From: Felis catus
Lineage: Eukaryota
Direction: 5' to 3'
Length of the DNA: 64,000 nt
Assembly (NCBI RefSeq): GCF_018350175.1
Contig: NC_058368.1
Span: forward strand, 49,973,815 to 50,037,814
Program-made: the position numbers and the translations under genes
Shown here: piece by piece, positions 51,708 to 62,817 of the stretch
Position numbering within the stretch: position 1 is the stretch's first letter
Layout of the letters: each line of letters starts with the position of its first letter
Notes under the pieces: generated by a model
The model's database searches: none
What the model saw: only the letters and a program-made list of their open reading frames with translations
What the model was told of the DNA's origin: nothing

Positions 51708-52930
51708 TGCCTTGTCTTTATTTCTTAACTATTATCTGTTTTTCTTTTTTTTTCTTTAGTTTCCAATTCCAAGTACAGAATCGAACCTACTTGTCTGAAT
51801 GTCATTCTGTAAGTACTGACATCATAATCTTCTAATTACTAACACTATTGGATATATTTTTGTGGGTAAAGGTGGGATAATTGGGACTTTATCATTATAT
51901 ATGTGTGTACTTTTTATTTACATGAACTTTATTTTTTCCAGTTTTGAGATATAACTGCCATACAACATTACGTAAGTTTAGTGTGCACAACATGATTTGA
52001 TAGACACATAGTTGTGAAATGATTACAATAAGGTTAACACCTCCATCACCTCACAAAATTAACATTTTTTTCTTTTTATTGTGTTAATAACACTTAAGAT
52101 TTACTGTTAGTAACTTTCAAGTGTATAATACAGTATTGTTAACTATAGTCCCCATACTGTGCCTTAACATCCTAGAATTTATTCATCTTATACCTGGGGA
52201 GTTTGCACCTTTTGACCAAATCTGCTCATTCTATGCCCCACCTCCCCCCGCCCCCCAAGCCCTTGGCAACCACCATTCTTGTCTCTATTTCTATGGGTTT
52301 GGTTTCTTTAGACTCCACATGTAGGTAAGAATATACAGTATTTGTCTTTCTCTGTCTGACTTATTTTCCTTAGCATAATACCCTCAAGGTCCATCCATGT
52401 TGTCCCAAAAGGCAGGATTTCCTTATTCTTTTTTTTTTTTTATGGCTGAATATTTCATTTTGTATGTGCATGTGTGTGCAAGCGTGTGTTTAGATTTTTC
52501 ATCTATTGATGGATACTTGGGTTGTTTCCATGACTTGGCTATTGTGAATAATGCTGCAATGAACATGGGGTTGCAGATTTAGTGATTATGTTTCCTTTGG
52601 ATATATACCCAGAAGTAGAACTGCTGGATCATAGTTTTATTGTTAATTTTCTGAGGAAACTCCATATTTATTTTCACAGTGGCTGCACCAATACCATTTG
52701 CCACCACAGCGCACAAGTGCTCCCTTTCCCCCACATCCTTGCCAAGACTTGTTATTTTTTTGTCTTTTTGATACTAGCCGTTCTGACAGGTATAGGGTGA
52801 CACGTCATTGTGGTTTTGATTTGCATTTCTCTAATGATTAGTGATGAGCATCTTTTCTTGTACCTGTTGGCCATTTGTATATCTTCTTTGGAAAAAATGT
52901 CTATTCAGGTCCTCTGGCCATTTTCTTTTC

Positions 52931-53160
52931 TTTTTTTGTTTTTTAATTTTTTTTTTTTAATGTTTGTTTATTTTTGAGAGACAGAGAGACAGAGCACGAG
53001 CCAGGGAAGGAGAGAGAGAGAGGGACAAAGAGAATCTGAAGCAGGCTCCAGGCTCTGAGCTGTCAACACAGATCTGATGCTGGGCTCAAATTCATAAGCC
53101 ATGTGATCATGACCTGAGCAGAAGTTGGACGCTTAACCGACTGAGCCACCCAGGTGCCCC
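52931..53160 (-). mobile_element. Felid SINE
   Basis: SINE body; TSD tcctct..ccatttt. Confidence 0.92.
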
Positions 53161-53190
53161 ATCCTCTACCCATTTTCAAGTCATATTTCT

Positions 53191-53230
<40 letters not shown>

Positions 53231-53254
53231 TCATTTTGCCTTTGAATTATATGG

Positions 53255-53256
<2 letters not shown>

Positions 53257-53300
<44 letters not shown>
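53257..53300. repeat. (TA)n microsatellite
   Basis: About 22 TA units. Confidence 0.96.
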
Positions 53301-53304
<4 letters not shown>

Positions 53305-54615
53305 TGATATTAACTCCTTATCGGATAGGCGGTTGCAAATATTTTTTCCCATTATGTAGGTTGTCTTCTCATTTTGTTGATTGTTTCCATTGTTGTGCAG
53401 GAGCGTTTAATTTGATGTAGAACCACTTCTTTATTTTTGCTTTTGTTGCTTGTGCTTAGTGTCATATCCAAAAAATCATTGCTAATCCTCATGTCAAGGA
53501 GTTTTTCTCCTATGTTTTCCTTTGGTAGTTTTATAGTTTCAGGTATCACAATCCATTTCAGGTTAACTTTTGTAAATGGTGAAAAATAGGGGTCCAATTT
53601 CATTCTTTTGTGCATGACTATCCAATTTTCCTAACACCATTTATTGAAGAGAATATCCTCTCCAATGAATGTTCTTGATAGGGATTGTACTGAACTCATA
53701 GACGGCTTTGGGTACTATGGACATTTTAACAATATTAATTCTTCCAACCCATTAATACGAATATCTTTCCATTTAATTTGTGTCTTTGATTTCCTTCATA
53801 AATGTCTTGTAATTTTCAGGGTACAGATCTTTCACCTTCTTTGTTAAATTTATTATTTAAGTATTTTATTTTACTTTTTGAAGATGTTATAAATGTTGTT
53901 CTTTATTTCTTTTTCAGATAGTTTGTTGTTAGTATGTAGAAATGCAACTGATTTTTGTATGTTGATTTTGTATTCTGTGGCAATTTTACTGAAATCATTC
54001 ATTAGTTTTAAGTTTTTTGGTGGAGTCTTTGGAATTTTCTCTATGCAAGACCATATTGTCTGCAAACAGGAACAATTTTCATGTTTTATATAATGGAATG
54101 TATTTATATATTTATGAAATATATTGAAATATTTTATAAAATATATTATGTTTTGAAATATATTCATATACATACATTTTTTCCATATATTTTATATATA
54201 TGTTTATCTACCTTGTAGAGGTGAATCTTCCTGTTAATAAAGATATTCTATAAGCATGAGAAATATACAATCCAGATGTTGGCTATCTTGGAACTCATAA
54301 GGGCTAGTACTTTTTGAACCATAACCAACGACAGTATAAATTCAGTTCTTTTATTAGAAGCATTTCCACTGTGCCTGTCTCTTCTCGCAGACCTTTCCAG
54401 TCACCAGATCCCTTTCCTTTTAGAGTCTTTGCCCCAGGCACCATTCAGTCCAGTTCTCTCTTGCCCCTTCCCCCATTAGAACACAGAATAGCCTTTTTCC
54501 TATGGTTCACGCTATCTCTTCTCTACCCCTACCACTTGTTTCAAGAAACCCGGGCTGGAGTTACACTTCATAGTGCCAAAGCATTAGCTATCAAAGCCAG
54601 TCACCTCCTGTATAG

Positions 54616-54832
54616 CAGTGGTTCTCACCTGAGGTGATCTTGTTCTCAACTGAGGGGACATCTGGCAATCCCTGGAGACATTTTTGGTTGTTGAATTTTC
54701 AGGGATGCTCCTAGTACCTAGTGGTTAGAGACTGGCGATGCTGCTAAACATCCTACAATGCACAGGACAATTCCCCATAGTAAAGAATTATCTAGCCCAA
54801 GGCATTAATTGTACTTCTGTTTAGAAACCCTG
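54616..54832. mobile_element. MER20 hAT-Charlie MITE
   Basis: cagtggttctca...ggggaca..tggcaat...tggagacatttttggttgt...gatgctgctaaacatcctacaatgcacaggaca...agaaaccctg. Confidence 0.9.
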
Positions 54833-54931
54833 CTGTAAAGAAACTCTTGTATTAGCTGCAGTAATCAGCAGTACTTTCTACTCTGCTCTCAATGTTTTAT
54901 TTTTTCTGTGCATTAAGAGTGATAGTATATT

Positions 54932-55143
54932 GGGGCACCTGGGTGGCTCAGTCGGTTAAGTGTCCAACTTCGGCTCAGGTCATGATCTCACTGCTCGTGA
55001 GTTTGAGTGCCATGTCGGGCTCTGTGCTGACAGCTCAGAGCCTGGAGCCTGCTTTGGATTCTGTGTCTCCCTCTTTCTCTGCCCCTCCCCTGCTCATGCT
55101 CTCTCTCTCTCTCTCTCTCAAAAGGAAATAAACATTAAAAAAA
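54932..55143 (+). mobile_element. Felid SINE
   Basis: Full SINE; TSD agtgatagtatatt. Confidence 0.95.
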
Positions 55144-55160
55144 GTGATAGTATATTAATT

Positions 55161-55310
55161 ATATATATGTGTATATATGTATATGTATATGTGTGTGTGT
55201 ATATCTATATATATGTGTATATATGTATATGTATATGTGTGTGTGTATATCTATATATCTATATATAGATATACACACACACATATACATATACACACCC
55301 ACACCCACAT
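55161..55310. repeat. TA/TG low-complexity repeat with a 46-bp tandem duplication and a 35-bp perfect inverted repeat
   Basis: 55161-55206 equals 55207-55252; 55224-55258 is the reverse complement of 55261-55295. Confidence 0.9.
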
Positions 55311-55319
55311 ACATGTCGA

Positions 55320-56010
55320 TCAATAAACAGTTGTTGAACACCAGATGTGTGTCACACACTCCTATTGCTCATGGTTCAATGAGAAAAATAGACAATAGAA
55401 ATATAATACTTCATGAAAGGGGCAAAGACTACATAAAGAAGAGATAACTAACCTAGCCCAGGATGATCTGCAAAGATGTTTTAAAACTGAGATGCAAGAG
55501 ACCTGAATTGAGCCTGGTAGAATAAGGAGGAGAAAGCCAGGCAAGGAGAGAGAGAAGCACATTTCCCACAAGGGGAGAAATATGGGTCCAAACAGGTGGT
55601 TAGAGATGTGGGCAGGCGCAAATTCTGAAGGATGCCACTTAATGTTCTAGAAATCATCAATGGCCCTTGAAGGCAACTGGGAGTCATTGAAGGAGTAAAG
55701 GGAGGTGGGATGTTTTGGTAGTGTGGTAAGATTTACATTTTAGAAAGGTCATATGATTTGTGAAATCTAGCTGAGAGCTAATGAGGGCCAGACCTAAGGT
55801 ACTGGAAATGGGGATGGAGAAGAGGGGCCAATTGGAGAGATATTTAAGAAATAAATGGAAAGGAGTAGTATTGGGGTAGACATGGGGGTGAGAGACAAGA
55901 AGTCCAGCACAGTTCCCAAATTTTAGGCATGGTACTATTTACCAAGTCAGAGAAGGCAGGAGGAAGCTGAAGTTTGTGGGATGAGATAGTCAAAAAAGAT
56001 ATTTGGACGT
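55320..56010 (-). mobile_element. L2 fragment
   Basis: caataaaca.ttgttgaacacc...gggagtcattgaagg...tttacattttagaaag.tca...gatggagaagaggg...gagagatattta. Confidence 0.65.
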
Positions 56011-56279
56011 CTCCTTTCTCGTTTATAAAAGTAACATATATGTCTCTTGCTAAAAAAAAAATTGTAAAAGAGAGAGAAGTACCATATCTTCATTTAAAAA
56101 TAGCTGGCATTAAAATTTAAGTGGAGTTTTTTTCTAGTTTGTTCTATGTGAGAAAATAAGCATTTTAAAAATATAATCACAAATTAGGGTGCTTTATACA
56201 TTGCTATTTTACCCACTTCACTATATACCTTTAAACATCCCCCTGTGTCACTGAATAGGCTTTTACATTAAAAAACAAA

Positions 56280-56490
56280 TTTTTTTAACGTTTATTCACT
56301 TTTGAGAGACACAGAGAGACACAATGTGAGTGGGGGATAGACAGAGATAGAGGGAGGCACAGAATCCGAAGCAGGCTCCAGGCTCTGAGCTGTCAGCACA
56401 GAGCCCGACACGGGGCTCAAACCCACTGACCGTGAGATCATGACTTGAGCTGAAGTCAGACACTTAGTGGACTGAGCCACCCAGGTGCCC
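56280..56490 (-). mobile_element. Felid SINE (1 of 3 in tandem)
   Basis: SINE body flanked by g.cttttacatt. Confidence 0.93.
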
Positions 56491-56501
56491 TGCCTTTTAC
56501 A

Positions 56502-56560
56502 TTTTTAAAAAGTTTATTTACTTATTTTGAGAGAGACAGAGACAGCATGAGAGGAGGAGG

Positions 56561-56606
<46 letters not shown>

Positions 56607-56731
56607 CCCAAGCAGTTCTGTGCTATCAGCACAGAGCCAGAGGCAGGGCTCGAACTCACAAAGCCGTGAGATCATGGCCTGAGCCAAAACCAAGAGTCCA
56701 ACGCTCAACCTACTGAGCTATCCAGGTGCCC
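56502..56731 (-). mobile_element. Felid SINE (2 of 3 in tandem)
   Basis: SINE body flanked by gccttttacatt. Confidence 0.93.
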
Positions 56732-56743
56732 AAGCCTTTTACA

Positions 56744-56994
56744 TTTTTTTTTAAGTTTATTTTGAGAGAGAGAGAGAGAGAGACAGAGAGACAGAGACAG
56801 AGAGACAGAGACAGAGACAGAGACAGCAAGTGTGGTTGGGGCAGAGAGAGAGGGGAGAGAGCGAATTCCAAGCAGGCTCTGCACAGTCAGTGCAGAACCC
56901 AATGTGGGGCTTAAACTCACAAACCGTGAGATCATGACCTGAGCCGAAATCAAGAGTTGTACCCTTAACCGACTGAGCCACCCAGGTGCCCCCC
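56744..56994 (-). mobile_element. Felid SINE (3 of 3 in tandem)
   Basis: SINE body flanked by gccttttacatt. Confidence 0.93.
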
Positions 56995-57134
56995 GCCTTT
57001 TACATTTTTAATGACTGTGTAATATCTCACTGTATGGAAGAAACGTGATTTACTCCACTGTCCCTGTTGTTGTTGGCTTAGATTGTTTTGGGATTTTCAT
57101 TTTTAATGAATGCTTCTTGCCATCAAAGGTTTAG

Positions 57135-57468
57135 TCCTCCAGAAATGGCATTAGAAGAGCAGGTATTTATTAGCGATTGACCCCTGTGCAATGAAGAGGA
57201 AAGAACAAGGGAGAAGCTGAACTGTGACACTGGCCTCATGTTTATGGGAAGAACCTATCAGAGGTACTCAACTCACTTAGGTGGAGATGACTGAGCTTTT
57301 CTAAGTACAGTCACTCAATCACCAGATGAGAGCCACTCTGGGAGGACTATGACCTCAGAAGAGGTCTGCAGCTAAGGCCGACCTCAAGGAGCTGGCAGAT
57401 GCAGGCTGGCTGCTGACCACAGTCCTCCTCTAAAGGGAGGTTTGGCTAGTGTATCTGTGTCCACCACA
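57135..57468. mobile_element. LTR16-like ERVL solo LTR
   Basis: agggagaagctgaactgtga...tctgcagct.aggc.gac...gtgtccaccaca terminus. Confidence 0.6.
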
Positions 57469-58014
57469 CATGCTCATTTTGCACATAGATCTTCCTTCAT
57501 ATCCTTAGGATAAATTCCCAGAAGTGAAATTGCTGCAACAGAGCACAGATAGTTAAAAAACTTTTTAATATTTATTGCCCAATTACCTTCCAGAAAGATT
57601 GTACCACTTTCTCCCACCAACAGTTCATCGGTAACATATAACACATGACAGTTGTACTGTTTTTAAATAATGAAAGTATCTCCAATTCTCCTGGAAAATG
57701 AGTAATATTTTTGATGTTTTATTGTTGTGAATTTAATTGTAAACTCCTCAGGTAGGTTACTTTTCTTTATAGGGCTGATTCAATCTTTCCAGAAGGTTAA
57801 AACGCTCACTCTCATGCCTGATAGAAGGCAAAGATTTGGATTTGGGTTTTCTGACTTGCAAATTTGCATCATTAAAGAGACAGAAATGGCTGCTGCCTGA
57901 GCTGATTTGAAACCAAATTGGCAATGGGAATACTTGAGCAAATAAATGAAATCCCCATTTATAAGGAAAAAATCCATATTTGACACACTACTGTTAAAGA
58001 GACTAATGGGAAAT

Positions 58015-58190
58015 AACCATTATTTACTTAGTGTCCTCCTATGCCAAGCAGTGCCCTAGGCTTTTACATACACCATCCTATTTAATTTTCACAACCTTAT
58101 TTACTTTGAAGTAGTAATTATCAGCACAATTTTCAGACGAGGAAATTGAAGCTCAGCGTGTCTGGTGACTTGGTAACTTCAGTCATTCAT
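58015..58190 (-). mobile_element. MIR
   Basis: ctatgccaagca.tg..ctagg..ttttacata...atttaat.ttcacaacc...attttcaga.gaggaaa.tgaagctcag. Confidence 0.75.
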
Positions 58191-58404
58191 ATTCGTGTCT
58201 ATGTGCTTCTTACCAACCTGGGCTGTTACCCCCATAGCTTTAGGTCAAGTTACAGAGCAGTAGCTTTAAACAGTGTAGTATATGTACATAGTAACTGTAG
58301 TAACAATAACTCTTATGAAGCTTGGGGAATGTCTGTCCTTCTCCTGGACTAGAAGTACATAGGAGTCTGTCTAACAAGACAATGCCATTCTTAAAAAAAA
58401 AAAA

Positions 58405-58700
58405 AGCAGGAATTTGAGAAACAAAACAAACAAGCAAAGGGGGAAAGAATGAACGAGAGAGAGGCAAATCAAGAAACAGACTCTTCAATACAGAAAACTG
58501 ATGGTTATGAGAGGGGAGGGGTGTGTGGGGATGGGTTAAATAGGTGCTGGGGATTAAGGAGGGCACTTGTCCTGATGAGCACAGGGTGATGTATGGAAGT
58601 GTTGAAAAACTACATTGTATACCTGAAACTAATATAACATTGTATGTTAACTGGAATTAAAATAAAAACTTAAAAAAATTCAGTAATAAAAAATAAAAAA
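58405..58700 (+). mobile_element. Carnivore L1 3' end
   Basis: agaaacaaaacaaa...agaaacagactctt...gggattaaggagggcacttgt..tgatgagcac.gggtgatgtatggaagtgttgaa...ctggaattaaaataaaaacttaaaa. Confidence 0.88.
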
Positions 58701-58744
58701 GCGGGTTGGGGGCATTGAAAGAGGAAGCCATTCTAGGTTAAAAA

Positions 58745-59115
58745 AAGATGTAACCAAATGCAACGTGTGGTCATTGTTTGGATTCTGTTCTGAGTAAGAC
58801 AGCTGTAAAAGACATTTTGGGATCAGTGGGGGAATTTGAGTCCGGATTGGGTATAAATTGACACTGGGTAATTGTTAGCTTTGGTTAGAGGTGAAAATGG
58901 TAATATGATTTTGTAGACAAGTGTCCTTTAAAAAAAAAGAGATTCATATTGTACTATTTTGGGGTGAAGTATAATAATATCTATCTTTAAGCAGGAAATG
59001 AAGGTGATAAGCAAATAAGGCAAAATGCAAACGATTGTTAACTATAGGCGCTAGGTTTTAGCTTTTCATTACACTAGACTCCCTGCTCCTTACTTGTTTA
59101 CTCTTTATGATGAAA
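58745..59115 (+). mobile_element. Old L1 (L1ME/MC-like) 3' end
   Basis: aaccaaatgcaa.gtgtggtc.ttg.ttggatt...gctgtaaaagacattttggga...ggggaatttga. Confidence 0.7.
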
Positions 59116-59319
59116 AACGACATCAATCAACCGGAAAAACGAAAGTAAGGGGTTATTTACGGGAGTAAGAACCGATCTTTATCTTCCTCCAAAGGTGACG
59201 CCATCAACATGTGGCCTAAACAGGGTTTCAGGAGTTTCAAGCGAGGTCCCAGGGAGACTAGACCAACGAACACATTCCTTTCCGAAGACCTGACTTTCGT
59301 GTGAACAGAGACCTCACGT

Positions 59320-60980
59320 AAGCCTTGAGCCTCCGAGCCTCCAGCCCCGGACCTACCCAGGACCGCTGCGGCCACTGAATAACCTGTCACCCTACCGACC
59401 GACGCTCGGGGTAAGCGCGGGAGAAACTCAGGTGGCCACCCGCTCGCATCCTTTGCGACGCGATCCAGGTCCCTTCCACCTCACCCACCTGGAAGCGGGG
59501 AGGAGCGGGGCCGGCTTAGTGTGGGGGGAAATGGGCGGCACGCGCTCGGGCCACTACCCCCACCTGCCGCCAGGAGGGCCCGGGCGGCACAAGGGGGCGG
59601 AGAACTTGGGGTGGGGAAGGCCGCGCACCTGGCTGCGGGGCTGCGCGCAGCGGGACGGCGGGCTCCGGCCGCAGGTGAGGGCGGCGGGCTGGGCGGCTGC
59701 GCGTCGCGGAGGGCCGCGCTCCTCCACCGGGGAAGTTTCTTGGCCCGGAAAGGTGCAATTGTGTGCAGCTATTTCTGGTATGTCAGGCGGGCCGGGCGGC
59801 CGAAAGCCGAGGGGGCGCCTCTTACCGGGGCCCCGGGACATGGAAGGCGGCCAGGCGGGCAGAGGCTGGAAGGATGCGGGCGTGGGGGCGCCGTCCCTCG
59901 GGGCGGAGCCGCGGTCTGGGCGGGCAGCGCGGGAGCGGGAGCGTGGTCTCGGCCACGGCCTCCTGGCGGCCGGTGGCATCCCCTGGCCCAGACAGTCTGA
60001 CCACAAAGGCGGCTGCGGCCGGGAGCCCCGGGGAGCCGCAGGGGGGGCGGACGGAAGCGGCGACTCTGCGGCTCGCGGTGGGCGGCGGGGTGGGCTGGGG
60101 CGGGGCCATTCCGGGGAGGGCGGCGGCTGCGGCGTTGCGACTTTTGAAGTCCAAACAGTTGCCCGGCTGGTGAGACGCGCCGCCTCTAGTCCCCCGTCCA
60201 CCTCCCGCGCCCTGTCCGGCTGCCCGGAGCCCCGGGGTTGTTTTCAGGAGTTGAGAGGAAGCCACGTCTTCAGGTTCTCGTGGGTTCGAAACTTTAGCGA
60301 ACTGCAGAGAGCAACAAAGGGAAAGAGAACCCGGGAGCCTCGCAGCTTGAGCAGAGGCCGGGCGCCGGGGCCAGACGCGCGCGGGACCCCCCGCCCCTCC
60401 GTGCACTCACCGCGTCTCTCTCTCTCCCTCTTACCCTAGTCCTGGAAGGGATGGAGGAGGCCGGGGCCGACTGCGCCCTGGCGTTCGCCGAGGCCCAGAG
60501 ATGGGTGGAGGTGAGTGCCTTTACCATTTTCCGCACGAGTTTGCGGCCTCGAGGCCGCTCCCGCCGATCTGCGCCCCAGCCTCCTCCCGGGACCTGCGCC
60601 GGCGCGTGGCAGCTGGTTGGCTTTGCAGTTTGGGGGACTTTGCAAGTCCTGCTTCTCTGATCTTTTAACGTCCAGCTGAGCTTAGTGCTGCGCTCCCCAC
60701 GACAGCCTCGCTGGCTTCCCCAGAGCTCCTCTGCCAGGGCTCAGTGCAGAGCCGAGCGTTCGCCCTCTTGGGTTCGGGGACCGCGCATCCTTGTGAGCCA
60801 GACCACGTCAGCACAGGGGCAGAGTCGACCCCGCGTCCTCCGGAGCGGTTCTTTGCGGTGGTTACAGTGGGGATGCCCGACACTTACCTGCGCAGGGTAT
60901 TTCGTGTGTGTGGTGTGGGAGGGTGAGTGGAGGAGGTTGGACGCTAAAGTCGCATCCGGAGAGATATTTTCTCGCGCGCG
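59320..60980. promoter_or_regulatory. LMO7: CpG island / LMO7 promoter
   Basis: Very high GC and CpG density, several GGGCGG (Sp1) boxes, surrounds the LMO7 start exon. Confidence 0.92.
60451..60510 (+). CDS. LMO7: LMO7 first coding exon (MEEAGADCALAFAEAQRWVE), start of the calponin-homology domain
   Basis: gggATGG Kozak context; AFAEAQRWVE motif of LMO7/LIMCH1; consensus donor GAG|gtgagt at 60511; position downstream of UCHL3 fits known synteny. Confidence 0.93.
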
Positions 60981-62227
60981 GCATCTGGAGTCAAGGTTTT
61001 TACTTATTCAAAGTCGGCGTTGATGAGACTAAGATCTCCTGGGGTCACTCACTGACCCCGGTTGTGCCTTAGGGACAAGATCTTCCATTCCCTTTTCCCC
61101 CCGTCGAAATGGAGATGGTCTCTAGGAGGTTTCTTCGTCAACACCTAAGGTTGCACTTATCTGTAAAAAAGTTAACACCAGGACTTGCACCCGCTATTCT
61201 GCTGGATGAAAAAGGTGACTTTTTAAATGATGCTAAGGCAGTCTTCAGAACAGATGTGAGCCAGGAACAACCGCTTGTTAGAAAATTGTTGCCTACACCA
61301 GCCTTGCAGTTATTTAGGAGTTATAGATGCCACGTGCTGGCTTACTCAAGGTATTTAAAAATGCAGATTAGGTTTAAAGGTTATTCCAGCGGGGGGGGGG
61401 GGGGGGGGGGAGGAACCAGCATATTTAGGAATTCCCAAAGCACACAATGTTTAAGAAGAATTAATTTGTCCTTAAGAAAACAAATGTATATATGGGGGGA
61501 AAGAAGAGAATAAACTTTCAGTGTTCCATTTCTAACAGTAAATAAAGGAATGTGAAATGTGAGTAGGGGGGTCAAGAAATCAGCTGTTGATGTCCTTTTT
61601 TGGACTGAAACTTTGAGCTAGTCTGAAGGTGACTTAGAAGGTTGGGGTGGGGGGAAGGTGTGAGGGGAGGGTATGCAGAGGTTGAGAGAAGAATAAACAG
61701 TGTATTTTGAATTGAAATGAGAGTTGGGAAAATTCCAGCAGTGCCGTTGAGAGAAATGACTTCCCTCATTCATAAACTTTGAAAGACCAGGGCATCCAAA
61801 GGTAATTTTCCATTAGTAGGATTTGTTCTTCATAATTTTAGAAAAGAAATTAAAGTTGCCTTTTTGGTTTTGAGTGTTAGGGCCGGAGGGAGAGAGAAGG
61901 GAAGAACTATGGGGACACTTTTGGTCATACGTGATTCCTATAAGGTGTTTGTATCTGCGTGCTCTGTATTTGCACAGGAAATCTATGAATATGGATGATT
62001 TCACACTTTCCTTGTTTAGTATACAGATTTTTGAAGTCTAAAAAATTCCTTGTTTGTTTTAGCTTGCTCATGACGGTGTAGGCTTTCTGTGAGAAATTTG
62101 CATCTAACAAACCCTAGGGAAGTGTGTTGCAGTAAAAGATATCATAGTGCAGGGTATACGTGCTCACCTTCCCACTCTCAAACGTCCCCTCTAAACGCGT
62201 TTTTTTCATCTTTAGCAGAGAGACCAT

Positions 62228-62450
62228 TTTTTTTTACATTTTTTTTAGTGTTTATTTTTGAGAGAGTGAATGAGAGAGAACGTGCGCGAGTGGAGGAGGG
62301 GCAGAGAGAGAGGGAGACACAGAATTGGAAGCCAGCTCCAGGCTCTGAGCTGTCCACACAGAGCCCAACTTGGGGCTCGACTCATAGACCGTGAGATCAT
62401 GACCTGAGCCGAAGTCGGACGTTTAACCCACTGAGCCACCCAGGCGCCCC
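62228..62450 (-). mobile_element. Felid SINE
   Basis: SINE body in LMO7 intron 1. Confidence 0.93.
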
Positions 62451-62817
62451 AAACCTATTGGTCTTCTTTTCTCCAAAATCATTTCCAATACCACCCATCA
62501 CTGTTTTGCTTCCTACTACCAACACATTCAAAGAAGGCCTGTCTCTTCAAGTACAAGAGCAGAGCTTACCTTGCCATCAGTAAATAAGGGTCAAACATAA
62601 GTAATACATGGTAGGACCCAAAACAATCCCAATAAGCTATATAAGTATAGTCATTTTTGAAATCCATTAAAAAAAACAGGGTATAAAAAAAACCCAACTA
62701 AATGAACAAAACTCTAGAAAATAACAAGCTCATAAAAAAGAAACAACCCATAGCTGCTGTCATCTCTGAAATAGGGAACGATCTGCCACTGATAAAAGTA
62801 ATGAGGACCAGTCTACC

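Larger units (their letters stand above)
51930..54075 (-). mobile_element. L1 (L1MA/MB-like) ORF2 3' part and 3' UTR, interrupted by a SINE and microsatellites
   Basis: Minus-strand ORFs KRMKLDPYFSPFTKVNLKWI...IKLPKENIGEKL and YKINIQKSVAFLHTNN are L1 ORF2 motifs. Confidence 0.92.

Noticed and set aside
59432..60439. 335-aa ORF and overlapping 130-215-aa ORFs on both strands
   Set aside because: Typical stop-poor ORFs of a GC-rich CpG island; low-complexity G/R/A/P composition, mostly non-ATG starts and no recognisable domain.
61041..61059. GGGGTCA-ctcac-TGACCCC inverted repeat resembling an estrogen response element
   Set aside because: The spacer is 5 nt rather than the 3 nt of an ERE, and it is short enough to occur by chance.
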